The notes below the pieces were generated by a model, which saw nothing but the letters and a program-made list of their open reading frames with translations, searched no databases and was not told the DNA's origin. This document shows positions 18,836-28,751 of a stretch of DNA of 64,000 nt, in pieces. Position 1 is the stretch's first letter, and each line of letters starts with the position of its first letter. The stretch spans positions 1-64,000 of the forward strand of contig JAQBYT010000009.1 of the NCBI GenBank assembly GCA_027622665.1. Direction: 5' to 3'. Both the position numbers and the translations under genes were made by a program. This DNA comes from Verrucomicrobiota bacterium. Lineage in GTDB: Bacteria > Verrucomicrobiota > Verrucomicrobiia > Opitutales > Seribacteraceae.

Positions 18836-20164
18836 TTATCGTCTCTTCCTTAGTGCCGTCCAGTCGTGCGTTTTCGTGAAGTCATCTTCAATGATCAATC
18901 TCACAAAACGGCAAGCCTGAGCTTTTGCCAAATCGACTTGAAACAACACGTGATGTCCTCCTGCCCCGTCGCTGTTGGTCATGGAGAGTTCCAACAGTTT
19001 TCCCTTTTGGCTGACGCGTACGTGTCCGATGTTGGGATTGCCGAGGTCATTCACCATGTCAGCGGGAAGGGAGTAGGCGCCTGAGGCGTCCGTGATCTCC
19101 AGGGCGGACACAACAGTCCCGGGAAATCCGCCATCCACTCCATATCCCGTCCACGGCGACTGCTTGAGCTCCTCCGCAAGTTCAGCTTCGCGGAACCTGA
19201 TTTTTACGGGTCCGAGGTAATAATCCTTAAACTTTCCGCTCGAAGCAGGTTCCACCGCTTTCAATTCTTCACCCGTCTTGCCGCCGTGTTTGCGGAGAAG
19301 GTCGGCGATTTTGGTATGGTTGAATGAATTGGCCCTGTCCATCGGTGTTTTGCCGTTAAAAATACCACCCTCTGCCTGAATCGTCACATTCACTTCCGCG
19401 CCTTTGGCCAGAAGCAGTTCGACGATGTCCAAGTGACCTGCCTGAGCCGCATAATGCAAAGGAGTCCCCATTATCGAACCTCCTTTCACATTCACCTCCA
19501 CACCATTAGCCAAGAAACCTTTGACCGCTTCAATATCTCCACCGTAAGCAGCGGCATCTATCGTCCCGTGTTCGGCTCCGTGTTTGCGAAGGAGAGCGGC
19601 AGTTTTACCGTTATCCGACCAAGTGGCTTGATCCAGTGCTGTTTTGCCGCCGTTGTCCCGGGCATTGATGTCAGCGCCTTTTGCAATCAGGAAGGCCACG
19701 ATTTCCTTGTAATCTTCTTCCGGCTCGGCCCCGAAGGTTTCGGCGTGTTGACCGAACCGTCGAGCCACTGGCCCCCATGCCGCCCGATGCAAGGGGGTGT
19801 ATCCCGACCAGGAACTCTTTACGTTTACCTCCGCTCCCTTGGAGATCAAGAACTTGACGACTTCCGGGTATCCCTGCTCGGCGGCAAGGTACAAAGGGGT
19901 TGAATAATCTGGATCCTCGGCATCCAGATCCGCTCCGCGGGAGATCAGGATTTCGGCGATTTCCAGGTGGCCATAATAAGCGGCCCAATGCAAGGGGGTG
20001 TATTGCAGGCGTTGCTTGTCCGCATTCCTGACGTTAACGTCGGCCCCGGCATCGAGTAATTCCCTGACCCTTTCGGCATCACCCTCGCTTGCCGCCTTGT
20101 GAAGGTCAGGAGTGCAGCCGACAAATACCAAGGTTGCGATGATAGTAAGCAAAAGTCTTTTCAT
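18836..20164 (-). CDS. Ankyrin-repeat lipoprotein with unrelated C-terminal domain
   Basis: Lipobox VFVGC; repeated TPLHxAA..GH.EI.E.LI..GADVN; LRKHGGKTGEELKA cap. Confidence 0.9.
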   Translation of the reverse strand: MKRLLLTIIATLVFVGCTPDLHKAASEGDAERVRELLDAGADVNVRNADKQRLQYTPLHWAAYYGHLEIAEILISRGADLDAEDPDYSTPLYLAAEQGYPEVVKFLISKGAEVNVKSSWSGYTPLHRAAWGPVARRFGQHAETFGAEPEEDYKEIVAFLIAKGADINARDNGGKTALDQATWSDNGKTAALLRKHGAEHGTIDAAAYGGDIEAVKGFLANGVEVNVKGGSIMGTPLHYAAQAGHLDIVELLLAKGAEVNVTIQAEGGIFNGKTPMDRANSFNHTKIADLLRKHGGKTGEELKAVEPASSGKFKDYYLGPVKIRFREAELAEELKQSPWTGYGVDGGFPGTVVSALEITDASGAYSLPADMVNDLGNPNIGHVRVSQKGKLLELSMTNSDGAGGHHVLFQVDLAKAQACRFVRLIIEDDFTKTHDWTALRKRR

Positions 20165-20189
20165 TTGGTTTTTCCCTTCCGTTGAGTAT

Positions 20190-21575
20190 CTACTTCTTTT
20201 TGCCGATCCAGAGGGTGGGGGTGTAGGCGTCCTCCCCTTCGGCCCCGGGACGGGGAACCAAGGTTCTTGGTTTTTTGACTTTTCCGCTGGGGCGGGAGTT
20301 CTTTTTGATGTCTTGCTCGAACTCGTTCATGTAAGCGGTCAATCGCTTGACGATCTCAGGATGTTTGGCCGCTACGTTCTTTTTCTCGCCGAGGTCCTCG
20401 TCCAGGTTGTAGAGCGGGCCGTTGCGAAAGAGCTTCCACGGACCGGATCGTACCGCTCGCAAGTTGTCGGCTTGGTGGTAGAAGAACCGGTCGTGCGGCG
20501 TATTGGCTCCAGGTTTGCCGAGGAAGAGGTCGCCCACGTCACGGCCGTCGATGACGCGATCGTCGGGAACCTTGCCGCCCGCCCACTTGGCGAAGGTGGG
20601 CAAAAGGTCCATGGTGCTGGCGATTTCCTTGCAGACCGATCCCGCCGGCACTTGGCCCGGCCACCACGCGATGGTTGGCTCGCGGACGCCGCCTTCCCAA
20701 GCCGATCCTTTTCCGCCTCGCAGGGGGGCGCTGCTGAGTCCCCCTGCGCCTCCGTTGTCCGAGGTGAAGAGCACGAAGGTGTTTTTCTCGATCCCCGCGT
20801 TGCGGACCGCATCCAATATTTGACCTGTGCTCCAGTCCACTTCCTCGACTTGGGCTTCCTCGACGGTCTTGGCCTTGGCCATGAATTCCGGCCTCGCCTT
20901 GCGCGGGCCATGAACGAAGGCATGCGGCAGGTAGACGAAGAAGGGTCCGTCCTTGTGCTTCTCGATGAACTTGACCGCTTCCTCGGTAAAGAGTCGGCAG
21001 AGTTCCGCCTGCTCATCCATGTCGTCCACCTGGTCGATCACCTTTGTACCCCGTAATATGGGAAGGTGAGGAAATTTCCAGCGCTTCAAGCCGGGCCACA
21101 TGTCGTTTGAGTAGGGTATGCCGTAATATTCGTCGAATCCTTGCGAGGTGGGCAGGAACTCGGGTTGGTCCCCGAGGTGCCACTTGCCGAAGCAACCGGT
21201 AGCGTAGCCCGCGTCCTTGAGTACTTCGGCGATGGTAATCTCCTTGGGATTCAGACCATGGGGATCGCCGGGGAATAGCACGATATGGTCTGAGCCTTTG
21301 GCGAGCCCGACCCGCTTCGGGTAGCTTCCTGTCATGAGGGCGGCCCTCGACGGGCTGCAGACCGGAGACTCCACGTAAAAAGAGGTCAGTTTCATGCCTT
21401 CCTTGGCCATCCGGTCCAAGTGGGGCGTTTTGTTTTTCGTGGAGCCGAATGGGCCGATGTCGCCGTAGCCCATGTCGTCGATGAAGATCACGATGAAATT
21501 TGGCTTGGCCATCGCTGGAAGGGCGATGGCGGTAGAAAAAGCGGCGAGAAGGAGTTTGCGGATGAGAGACTTCAT
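20190..21575 (-). CDS. Sulfatase (S1, arylsulfatase A-like)
   Basis: [38 protein letters not shown]. Confidence 0.95.
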   Translation of the reverse strand: MKSLIRKLLLAAFSTAIALPAMAKPNFIVIFIDDMGYGDIGPFGSTKNKTPHLDRMAKEGMKLTSFYVESPVCSPSRAALMTGSYPKRVGLAKGSDHIVLFPGDPHGLNPKEITIAEVLKDAGYATGCFGKWHLGDQPEFLPTSQGFDEYYGIPYSNDMWPGLKRWKFPHLPILRGTKVIDQVDDMDEQAELCRLFTEEAVKFIEKHKDGPFFVYLPHAFVHGPRKARPEFMAKAKTVEEAQVEEVDWSTGQILDAVRNAGIEKNTFVLFTSDNGGAGGLSSAPLRGGKGSAWEGGVREPTIAWWPGQVPAGSVCKEIASTMDLLPTFAKWAGGKVPDDRVIDGRDVGDLFLGKPGANTPHDRFFYHQADNLRAVRSGPWKLFRNGPLYNLDEDLGEKKNVAAKHPEIVKRLTAYMNEFEQDIKKNSRPSGKVKKPRTLVPRPGAEGEDAYTPTLWIGKKK

Positions 21576-23012
21576 TTTTCGGGCAGGGCGGCTTGCCAGC
21601 CTAATCGGAGGATTTGTTGGAGCTGTTCCAAATTCTCATATTGAGCGGCTTCCTTGGCAAGGTTTTTGGTTTCGTTGGGATCCGTTTCGTGGTCGTAGAG
21701 TTCGCGTGCCTGAACGGCTCCGGTTTTCCAATTGCGCCACTCGACGTAGCGGTATCGGTCCGTGCGCGTGGCGTATCCCATGAGGTCGCCGCGCTTGCGA
21801 TGGCGGTTGCCCTTGGAAGGAACGTGGGTACTGGCTAAAAACGGCGGTTTTCCACGGACGATCCGGTTTCTCCAGTAGCGGTAGCAAGCTGATGCCCTCG
21901 GTCTTGGCGGGAGCGGGGAGGCCGCAGGTTTGCGCGAGGGTGGGGTAGAGGTCCACGAACTCGACCAAGGCATCCGTTTTCGCTCCGGGATTAGCTTGCC
22001 CCGGAACGGACAGGATCAAGGGAACGCGGGTCGAGAGTTCGTAGTTGTTTGCATTGGTCCAGAGGCCTTGTTCTCCGAGGTGGAAGCCGTGGTCTCCCCA
22101 CAACAGGATCACGGTTCGATTCGTCAGGTTAAGTTCGGCGAGCTTCTTGAGCAACCGACCGGTAAGGGCGTCGACGTAGCTGACGCAGGCATAATATCCG
22201 TGCCGGAGCTCCTGCGTCTTGGCTGCGCTCAGCTTGCCGTTCCTCGGGATATCAGAGTAGCCTTCCGTTCCCCCCCCACTCCGGACAGCCAACTCCGGGG
22301 CTCCTTCGGGATACTTGCTCGAGACGGGCGCGGATATTTCTTTGCGTTGATAGAGATCTCAATATTTCTTCGGGGCGCTGAAGGGGAGGTGCGGCTTGCG
22401 GAAACCCACTGCGAGGAAGAACGGTTTGCCTTGTTTCTTCAAGTCGGCCAATGCCTTTTCGGCACCTTCGCAGACGAGACCGTCGACGTAGACGTTGTCC
22501 CGGACGTCGGCGGATTCCGAGGCGGCCCGCTTGTGGCTTTTTCCTTTCAGATTCTTCTCTGTGGCGTAGCGCAACTTTGGGTCATGCACGTTATCGTGCA
22601 AGGGTGCTTCGGACCAAGACGGCGGATCTTTGGATGGCTTGCCGCCACCGTGGAATATCTTGCCGATGGAGCGGGTATGGTAGCCGTTGTTCTTGAAGTG
22701 CTGGGGCAGTGTGACCGTTTTGGGCAGAGCCTCCCGAAAATGCGTATTGAGATCCCAGACCTTTATGGTGTCCGGCCTCAGTCCCGTAAGTAGCGAAAGC
22801 CGCGACGGACATCACACCTTCTGCTGGCAGTAGGCTCGGTTGAATAGGATACCGCGTTTGGCGAGGCGATCCATGTTCGGCGTGTTCGCGGTCTTGTCCC
22901 TGTAGCAACCGCGCGCCGGTCGCAAATCATCGATGGCGATGAACAGGACGTTGAGCTTTTCGGCCCGGGCGATGCCGCATATGGCGAGGAATATGAGAGG
23001 CCAAAGTTTTAT
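21572..23012 (-). pseudogene. Sulfatase (iduronate-2-sulfatase-like) pseudogene
   Basis: NVLFIAIDDLRP, GFRKPHLPF, WGDHGFHLGE; ATA in place of start, TGA at 22812-22814 (catalytic Cys) and 22359-22361 (Trp of KKYWDLY), frameshift near 21815. Confidence 0.85.
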
Positions 23013-23036
23013 GAGAATGCTTTAAGATAAAACCAA

Positions 23037-23074
23037 GACTGGATTGCCGCGTCGCTGAAGCTCCTCGCAATGAC
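23037..23074. repeat. Right half of the same REP-like element seen at 1984-2384
   Basis: GACTGGATTGCCGCGTCGCTGAAGCTCCTCGCAATGAC shares GACTGGATTGCCGCGTC and CCTCGCAATGAC with 2290-2336. Confidence 0.75.
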
Positions 23075-23248
23075 AAGAGCGTTATTCAAACCAAAAAGGG
23101 AACGAAATAGGTGGCTGCATTCTGATTTATTTTGCTCCGTTTCTCCGTGCCATTGCAAGAGGATTATTGATTCCGTCCACCGCCCGTTTCCTCTACGCGT
23201 CCCTTCAGCTCTGCGTGAGAATGTCTTCTTTCGCCTGCCGCGCTTTTC

Positions 23249-24547
23249 TTAGACAGCCCAGCCCTTGAGGGGACCTGTGCTGTCGCCGATGCGGTCCGTC
23301 TTCACGCCCATTCCCTTGGCCATGGAGAGCCACAGGTTGGCGACGGGTGTGCCTTCGGGGTGCTTCTCGTGGCGATTGGTCTGGAAGAGTCCGCCGCCAC
23401 TTCCGGCAATCAACGTGGGCAGGTTGCTGCAGGTGTGGTGAAAGCCACTGCTGAGGCCTGAGCCCATCACGAACATCATGCTGTCGAGGAGGGTGCCTTC
23501 GCCTTCTTGTATGGCATCCATTTTGGTTGCCAGGCGTGCGTACTGCTCGATGTGAAAGAGGTCCAGTTTCTCGAGGTCGCGGAGCACCTGCTCCTTGTTT
23601 TGGTTGTGAGTCCAGCCATGATGCCGGATGGGTTTGTCGAATATTCCGTGAAACATGAGCGGCGTGTCCCATCGCTCCGGGGCTACCATCATGCTGGACA
23701 CTCGGGTGAGGTCTGTCTGCAGGGCGAGTATCATGAGGTCGCCCATTACTTGAATATATTCGTCGCGCTGCATGGTGGTCCAGAGTTTCCCGGGTTCCTC
23801 TAGTTCGAGATCTCTTATGTCGTCCTGCCGCTTCGTGATGCGCTCGATCTGTTGCTCCACCGTGCGGACCGATTCCAAGTATTCGCCCAACTTGTGTTGG
23901 TCGAGTCGCCCCAATTTAGGCTGGAGATCCTTGGCGTCGGATAGGACCAAGTCGAGCACGCTGGCGTTGGCTTGGTGTTCGTGCACCGCGAAGAGTCGGT
24001 TGAATGCTTGGCGCGGATTCTTGATGGAGCGCGCGACGTGGCCGTGGCCGTACCACGAGATGTTATCGAAGTAGACGGACTCTCGGTTGTCGGTGTAGCT
24101 GTTGCAGGAAAGCTCCAGTGAGCGGAACGCGGTCGACTGGCCGGCGACGTCTGCGATCACTTGGTCGATGGTTCGCTTGAGGGGATACCCGGCGGGCGAC
24201 AGTTCGTCGGGCCTTGCGGTGCTAAGGTAGCATGCTCCGGCTTGGGCGTGCCCGTCGGTGCCGGGCACCTTGATGCGGTCGAGGTTGGTGTGCAGGGAAA
24301 TCTTTTTCCGTATCTTCGCCAGTGGCTTCAAGGTCGGGCTGAGGGCGAAATTGGAACCGGTTTCGGTAGGATGCCACGCTTTTTGGGCCACGCCGTTGGG
24401 AGTATAGAAAAAGGCTAGTCTCCTCGGGGCAATCTTACGTTTGGCACTTTTAGCCTGCATGACGTCGAGGAAGGGAAGGGCCAGGGTGGCCCCGCACCCG
24501 CGAAGGAATGTGCGGCGGGGAAGTACGTTATGCTTTGGGAAGTTCAC
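23249..24547 (-). CDS. DUF1552 domain protein
   Basis: RRTFLRGCGATLALPFLD, TIDQ, LALQTDLTRV, EGEGTLLDS, GDSTG. Confidence 0.9.
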   Translation of the reverse strand: MNFPKHNVLPRRTFLRGCGATLALPFLDVMQAKSAKRKIAPRRLAFFYTPNGVAQKAWHPTETGSNFALSPTLKPLAKIRKKISLHTNLDRIKVPGTDGHAQAGACYLSTARPDELSPAGYPLKRTIDQVIADVAGQSTAFRSLELSCNSYTDNRESVYFDNISWYGHGHVARSIKNPRQAFNRLFAVHEHQANASVLDLVLSDAKDLQPKLGRLDQHKLGEYLESVRTVEQQIERITKRQDDIRDLELEEPGKLWTTMQRDEYIQVMGDLMILALQTDLTRVSSMMVAPERWDTPLMFHGIFDKPIRHHGWTHNQNKEQVLRDLEKLDLFHIEQYARLATKMDAIQEGEGTLLDSMMFVMGSGLSSGFHHTCSNLPTLIAGSGGGLFQTNRHEKHPEGTPVANLWLSMAKGMGVKTDRIGDSTGPLKGWAV

Positions 24548-27123
24548 TTGCGCTCTTTCTGGTTTGTTTTATTTTGAAACGGCAGGCTCTTGGCAATCTC
24601 AACCACCACCGTGGAGAATCGTCCATGATCCTCCATCACCTTGCGGGTTATCCGGTCGACGGCTGGTTTGTCGGTTACTTTCAATTCGCGACCCAAGGCA
24701 TAGGAGAGGAGGTGTTCGCTGAATCCGCGCATGAATTCCTCAGGCCGGGCGAGGATGGCGTCCTTGAACTCCAGTATGTTTTTGAATTCATCCTCACCGA
24801 ATAGTTTTCCGCTAGCGTCGACCGGTAGGCCGCCCACGTACTTGTCGCGCCAGCGCCCCACGGGGTCGTAGCTTTCGAGGACGAAGCCGAGGGGGTCGAT
24901 CTTGGCGTGGCAACTAGCGCAGGATTGATTGGAGGCATGTTCCTTAAGGCGCTGGCGAATGGTCAATCCGGAGGCCGCGATGGCCGCGTCGTCTTCCTCA
25001 ATTTCCGGCACCACGTCGGGTGGGGGAGGGGGAGGGTCGTTGAAGACCACTGTGGCTACCCATGCTCCGCGCTTGATCGGGCTGGTGCGCAGGGGCGTGG
25101 AGGTCATGGTGAGCACGGCGGCTGTGGTGATTATTCCGCCTTCACGCCGAGTGTTCAAGACCCGCCGACTGAATTCCTGCGCATTAGTGTTGAAGCGATT
25201 GCTATTCCCCTTGTTCCCAAACGGCTTTTGCGGATTGGTGTACCATGCCTGCAGTTCATTGGATCTGTAGGCGTAGTTGCTGTCGATGAGCAGCATGATT
25301 GAGCGGTCTTCCACTTGTATGCTTTCGAAGAGGAGCAGTGGCTCGACCATGGTTTGGAGTCCGAACTTCCATTGTTCGCAACCTATTCGTGAATAGTACT
25401 CCTCGAAGCGGTCGAAGTCCGGCACTGCAGTGACCAGTTGATCGAGGCGCAACCACTGCCGAGCGAAGTTCTCCGAAAGGGCCCGACTGCGTGGGTCGAG
25501 GAGCATCCGCCTGACTTGTTTCTCGAGGTCATCGATGTCACGCAGTTCGCCCCGCTTGGCAGCGGACAACAATTCTTCATCGGGTATGCTGCTCCAGAGA
25601 AAAAGGGCGAGCCGCTGGGCCAGTTCGTAATCATTTGCCGGAGTTCTCTCACCAATGTTCCGCTTGTTTTCCACGACGTAGAGGAACTTCGGCGAGGCAA
25701 GCACAGCCGCGACCACGTTCTTCATGGCCTGAGTGTAGGATTTAGTGCGTTCCTTTTCCTTTTCGTGGTAGGAAGCGTAGCGCTCCAAAGTAGCCTCGGA
25801 AACGGGTGCTCTGAACGCTCGCTGCAAGAAGAGGTCGAGTTTTTCCTTTACGGGTTTGCCGTCCTCCTTGAAAAAGGTATTGCGGAGTCCGGTGTATCCG
25901 TCGAACTGGGGACTGTTTACGATCGCCCGCCCAAGCTTCAGTAAACTTTCGAGCAAGATGGTGGATGTGCTCAATTGCTCTCCCTGGTTGTTGAAACCGT
26001 GCTCGGCCTGCAGGTCGATGGCGAAAGGGTCCACGTCCTTGAGAATCTGCTGCTCCATCTGGTTCTTGCCGAGGGTCCTATTGCTCACCCGTACCTTGTT
26101 TGGCAGAACGCCGGAGGCCGGGTTGAAGTACTTGTTTCCACGCACCACCTTTTCCGGCAGGGCGTAAATATCGCCACGCAACTGAAGCAGATCGCGCACA
26201 GCGTTGTTGTATTCGTAGCGATTAAACCGCCGCATGACGACTGGCTCCAAGCTGGTGTTGGCCTTGGCGTATTCGTCGACCACTCCGTACAGGAAGGCGG
26301 CGATTTTTTTGCGTTCGGCCGGACTGGGTTGTGTTTCGTCCTCCGGTGGCATCTCGCCATAGCTCACGGCTTCGGCTCCTAGACGCGACATCTTGACGCT
26401 TTTTAGGAAATCGGAACGAGTCGCGAGGATCTTCAGGTTCACCTTGCCCTTCACTTTCGGTTTGTCGCCGTGGCATTGGTAGCAGTATTTGGCGAGCAGG
26501 GGCTGAACATCTTTCAAGGTGGCGGCTTTTTCCGCTACGATGACTTCCTTTTGCGGTTTATCGGGTGCTTCCTCCTTGGATTCGAGGTTCTTGACGACGA
26601 GGTAGTCGATCCCCATGAGGTATCCTATGCCACGAAACTTTCTTGCCTGCGGGTTGCCACCGGTCAGCTTAAAGCTGAGTTGTTGCGTTCCCGCCTTGAG
26701 GTCGAACTCTCCAAGGTCAAGGGGACGGGCCAGTTCCACCCCCCTTGCGTAGAGGTCCACTCCCTCACGTATCATCTTGCCTTTCAGGCGCACCGTGAAA
26801 ATGCCGTAGTCCGGGGCTAAGGTGAGTACCGCTGTCAAGCGATGCCGTCCGTCCTTAGGTACTTGAAAGTCCGTTTCCATGACTTGTCCCACGGTTCCGT
26901 CCCAGAGCAAGTGGTCGTCCCCGCTCCAGTGAGGGCCGAAATTCCTCATGCCCTGCACTCGCGACTTCCCGTTGAGGGGCAAGGATTCACCTTCCTGTTT
27001 GCCGGTTACGTCCGCCGCAACGGCTTGCTTTCCTCGCACGCTGTGGTAGTCGAAAGGTTCCTTCGCGTTTAATCCTCCAACGAGGCAAGCGAGTCCAAGG
27101 ATGATTGTGAGAGTGGATTTCAT
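24544..27123 (-). CDS. DUF1592 domain protein with N-terminal beta-sandwich extension
   Basis: Start reassigned to MKSTLTIILGLACL (signal peptide); CYQCH, RRFNRYEY, FLWSSIPD, RTSPIKRG, CASCHAKIDPLGF. Confidence 0.88.
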   Translation of the reverse strand: MKSTLTIILGLACLVGGLNAKEPFDYHSVRGKQAVAADVTGKQEGESLPLNGKSRVQGMRNFGPHWSGDDHLLWDGTVGQVMETDFQVPKDGRHRLTAVLTLAPDYGIFTVRLKGKMIREGVDLYARGVELARPLDLGEFDLKAGTQQLSFKLTGGNPQARKFRGIGYLMGIDYLVVKNLESKEEAPDKPQKEVIVAEKAATLKDVQPLLAKYCYQCHGDKPKVKGKVNLKILATRSDFLKSVKMSRLGAEAVSYGEMPPEDETQPSPAERKKIAAFLYGVVDEYAKANTSLEPVVMRRFNRYEYNNAVRDLLQLRGDIYALPEKVVRGNKYFNPASGVLPNKVRVSNRTLGKNQMEQQILKDVDPFAIDLQAEHGFNNQGEQLSTSTILLESLLKLGRAIVNSPQFDGYTGLRNTFFKEDGKPVKEKLDLFLQRAFRAPVSEATLERYASYHEKEKERTKSYTQAMKNVVAAVLASPKFLYVVENKRNIGERTPANDYELAQRLALFLWSSIPDEELLSAAKRGELRDIDDLEKQVRRMLLDPRSRALSENFARQWLRLDQLVTAVPDFDRFEEYYSRIGCEQWKFGLQTMVEPLLLFESIQVEDRSIMLLIDSNYAYRSNELQAWYTNPQKPFGNKGNSNRFNTNAQEFSRRVLNTRREGGIITTAAVLTMTSTPLRTSPIKRGAWVATVVFNDPPPPPPDVVPEIEEDDAAIAASGLTIRQRLKEHASNQSCASCHAKIDPLGFVLESYDPVGRWRDKYVGGLPVDASGKLFGEDEFKNILEFKDAILARPEEFMRGFSEHLLSYALGRELKVTDKPAVDRITRKVMEDHGRFSTVVVEIAKSLPFQNKTNQKERK

Positions 27124-27259
27124 TATCGGAACGAAACTAAACCTAAGTAGCTTGTTTCTATTTGCCAACTCTAGCTTATGCCCGATCCGGCAATTTGTTT
27201 TCGCGGTGTCGGGGAAGGCTTGTATTGACCCTCTCGCTTTGGCGCCAATAACTACTGTC

Positions 27260-28693
27260 ATGAAATCCCTGTTTCTTTTCCTCCTGCTCGGTAGCTTTCT
27301 GTGCCTCGGCTTGTCCGCGGCCAAGCAACCGAACTTCCTCATCATCCTCGCGGACGATTGCACTTACAACGACTTACCTCTCTACGGCGGGCAAAACGCC
27401 AATACACCCAATATCGACAAGTTGGCATCCGAAGGGCTCACCTTCAACCGGGCATTCCTTGCGGAGGCCATGTGCCAGCCCTGTCGCTCCGAGCTCTATT
27501 CCGGGCAGTTCCCACTCCGCAACGGATGCGCATGGAACCACTCCGGTAGTTTGCCCGGAGTGACCAGTGTGCCCCATCATCTCGGCGAGCGTGGCTATCG
27601 GGTGGGATTGGCGGGCAAGGTGCACGTCAAGCCGGCCAAGGCCTATCCTTTCGAGAAGGTGGGCGGTTTCGATGCCAATTGCGTGCGTAACCCGACGCAA
27701 CCCTACAAATTAGCGGGCATCACTCAGTTCATGTCACGTGACGCCAAGCAACCCTTCTGCCTCGTGGTTGCCTTGGTTGATCCGCATGTGCCATGGGTCA
27801 TGGGTGACGCCTCCCAATATCCACCCAAAAAAATCAAGCTGCCCCCCAACCTGGCGGACACCCCTAGAACCCGCACGGACTACGGCAGATATTTGGCTGA
27901 AATCACCTACATGGACGGACAGGTCGGCCAAATCCTAAAGACCCTGGAGCAGACCGGACATGCCGAGGACACCCTAGTGCTCTTCAGTTCGGAGCAGGGT
28001 TCCCAGTTCCCCGGTTGCAAGTGGACCAATTGGAACACGGGTGTTCACACTGCCCTCGTCGCCCGTTGGTCGGGCAATGTGGCGGCAGGCAAGCGCACCG
28101 ACGCCCTCGTCCAGTACGCCGACGTTTTGCCTACCTTGCTCGATATTTCCGACTCGGCTGTTCCCTTGCTCACGAGCAAGCATGATTGGCGGCCGGACGG
28201 CTCCAGTTTCCTGCCCGTGTTGAATGGCGAATCGAAGAAGCATCGCGACTACGTCTACGCCATCTACAACAACCTGCCCGAAGGCCCTCCGTACCCTGTT
28301 CGTGGTATAAGCGACGGCGAGTACCGCTACCTTCGCAACCTGTTGCCCAAAGAGCTTTATATCGAGAAGCACCTCATGGGGATGAAGGGCAACGCCGTGC
28401 TCAACAACCCTTACTGGTCCACTTGGGTTCGCGACTCTTGGGAAAACGCCCACACCTACAAATTGGTCAAACGCTACATGAGCCGCCCTGCCGAGCAACT
28501 CTACCACACCGCCTCCGATCCCTACGAGATGAACAACCTCGCCGACGACCCTTCTCAAGCCAAGCGCCTTGTGAAACTGCGAGCCGAGCTCGATCTCTGG
28601 ATGAAGAACCAAGGTGACCCCTGTATCCCCATGGATACCTTCAAGACCTACCACGCCGCCCGCGACGGCAAGCACATCTACAAGGCAGAGTAA
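27260..28693 (+). CDS. Sulfatase (N-sulfoglucosamine sulfohydrolase-like)
   Basis: Signal peptide, QPNFLIILADD, CQPCRSELYSG, DPYEMNNLA. Confidence 0.9.
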   Translation: MKSLFLFLLLGSFLCLGLSAAKQPNFLIILADDCTYNDLPLYGGQNANTPNIDKLASEGLTFNRAFLAEAMCQPCRSELYSGQFPLRNGCAWNHSGSLPGVTSVPHHLGERGYRVGLAGKVHVKPAKAYPFEKVGGFDANCVRNPTQPYKLAGITQFMSRDAKQPFCLVVALVDPHVPWVMGDASQYPPKKIKLPPNLADTPRTRTDYGRYLAEITYMDGQVGQILKTLEQTGHAEDTLVLFSSEQGSQFPGCKWTNWNTGVHTALVARWSGNVAAGKRTDALVQYADVLPTLLDISDSAVPLLTSKHDWRPDGSSFLPVLNGESKKHRDYVYAIYNNLPEGPPYPVRGISDGEYRYLRNLLPKELYIEKHLMGMKGNAVLNNPYWSTWVRDSWENAHTYKLVKRYMSRPAEQLYHTASDPYEMNNLADDPSQAKRLVKLRAELDLWMKNQGDPCIPMDTFKTYHAARDGKHIYKAE

Positions 28694-28751
28694 TGTACTT
28701 TCCCGTGGGTTGATTCTTCCAGTGTTTGAACCTTTTTCAAGACCAACCATC

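Noticed and set aside
20112..21056. Long antisense ORFs (this 314-aa one and similar ones at 21930, 27974 and 44495)
   Set aside because: Shadow frames opposite well-supported genes in GC-rich DNA
12081..22814. Several in-frame TGA/TAG codons at Trp or Cys positions, suggesting an alternative genetic code
   Set aside because: They are confined to genes with other lesions; intact genes use TGG for Trp and end at TGA/TAG normally
22800..22830. In-frame TGA exactly at the catalytic Cys of a sulfatase (QQKV*CPSR), suggesting selenocysteine
   Set aside because: The same gene has a second TGA at a conserved Trp (22359-22361), a frameshift near 21815 and an ATA start; ordinary pseudogenisation explains it
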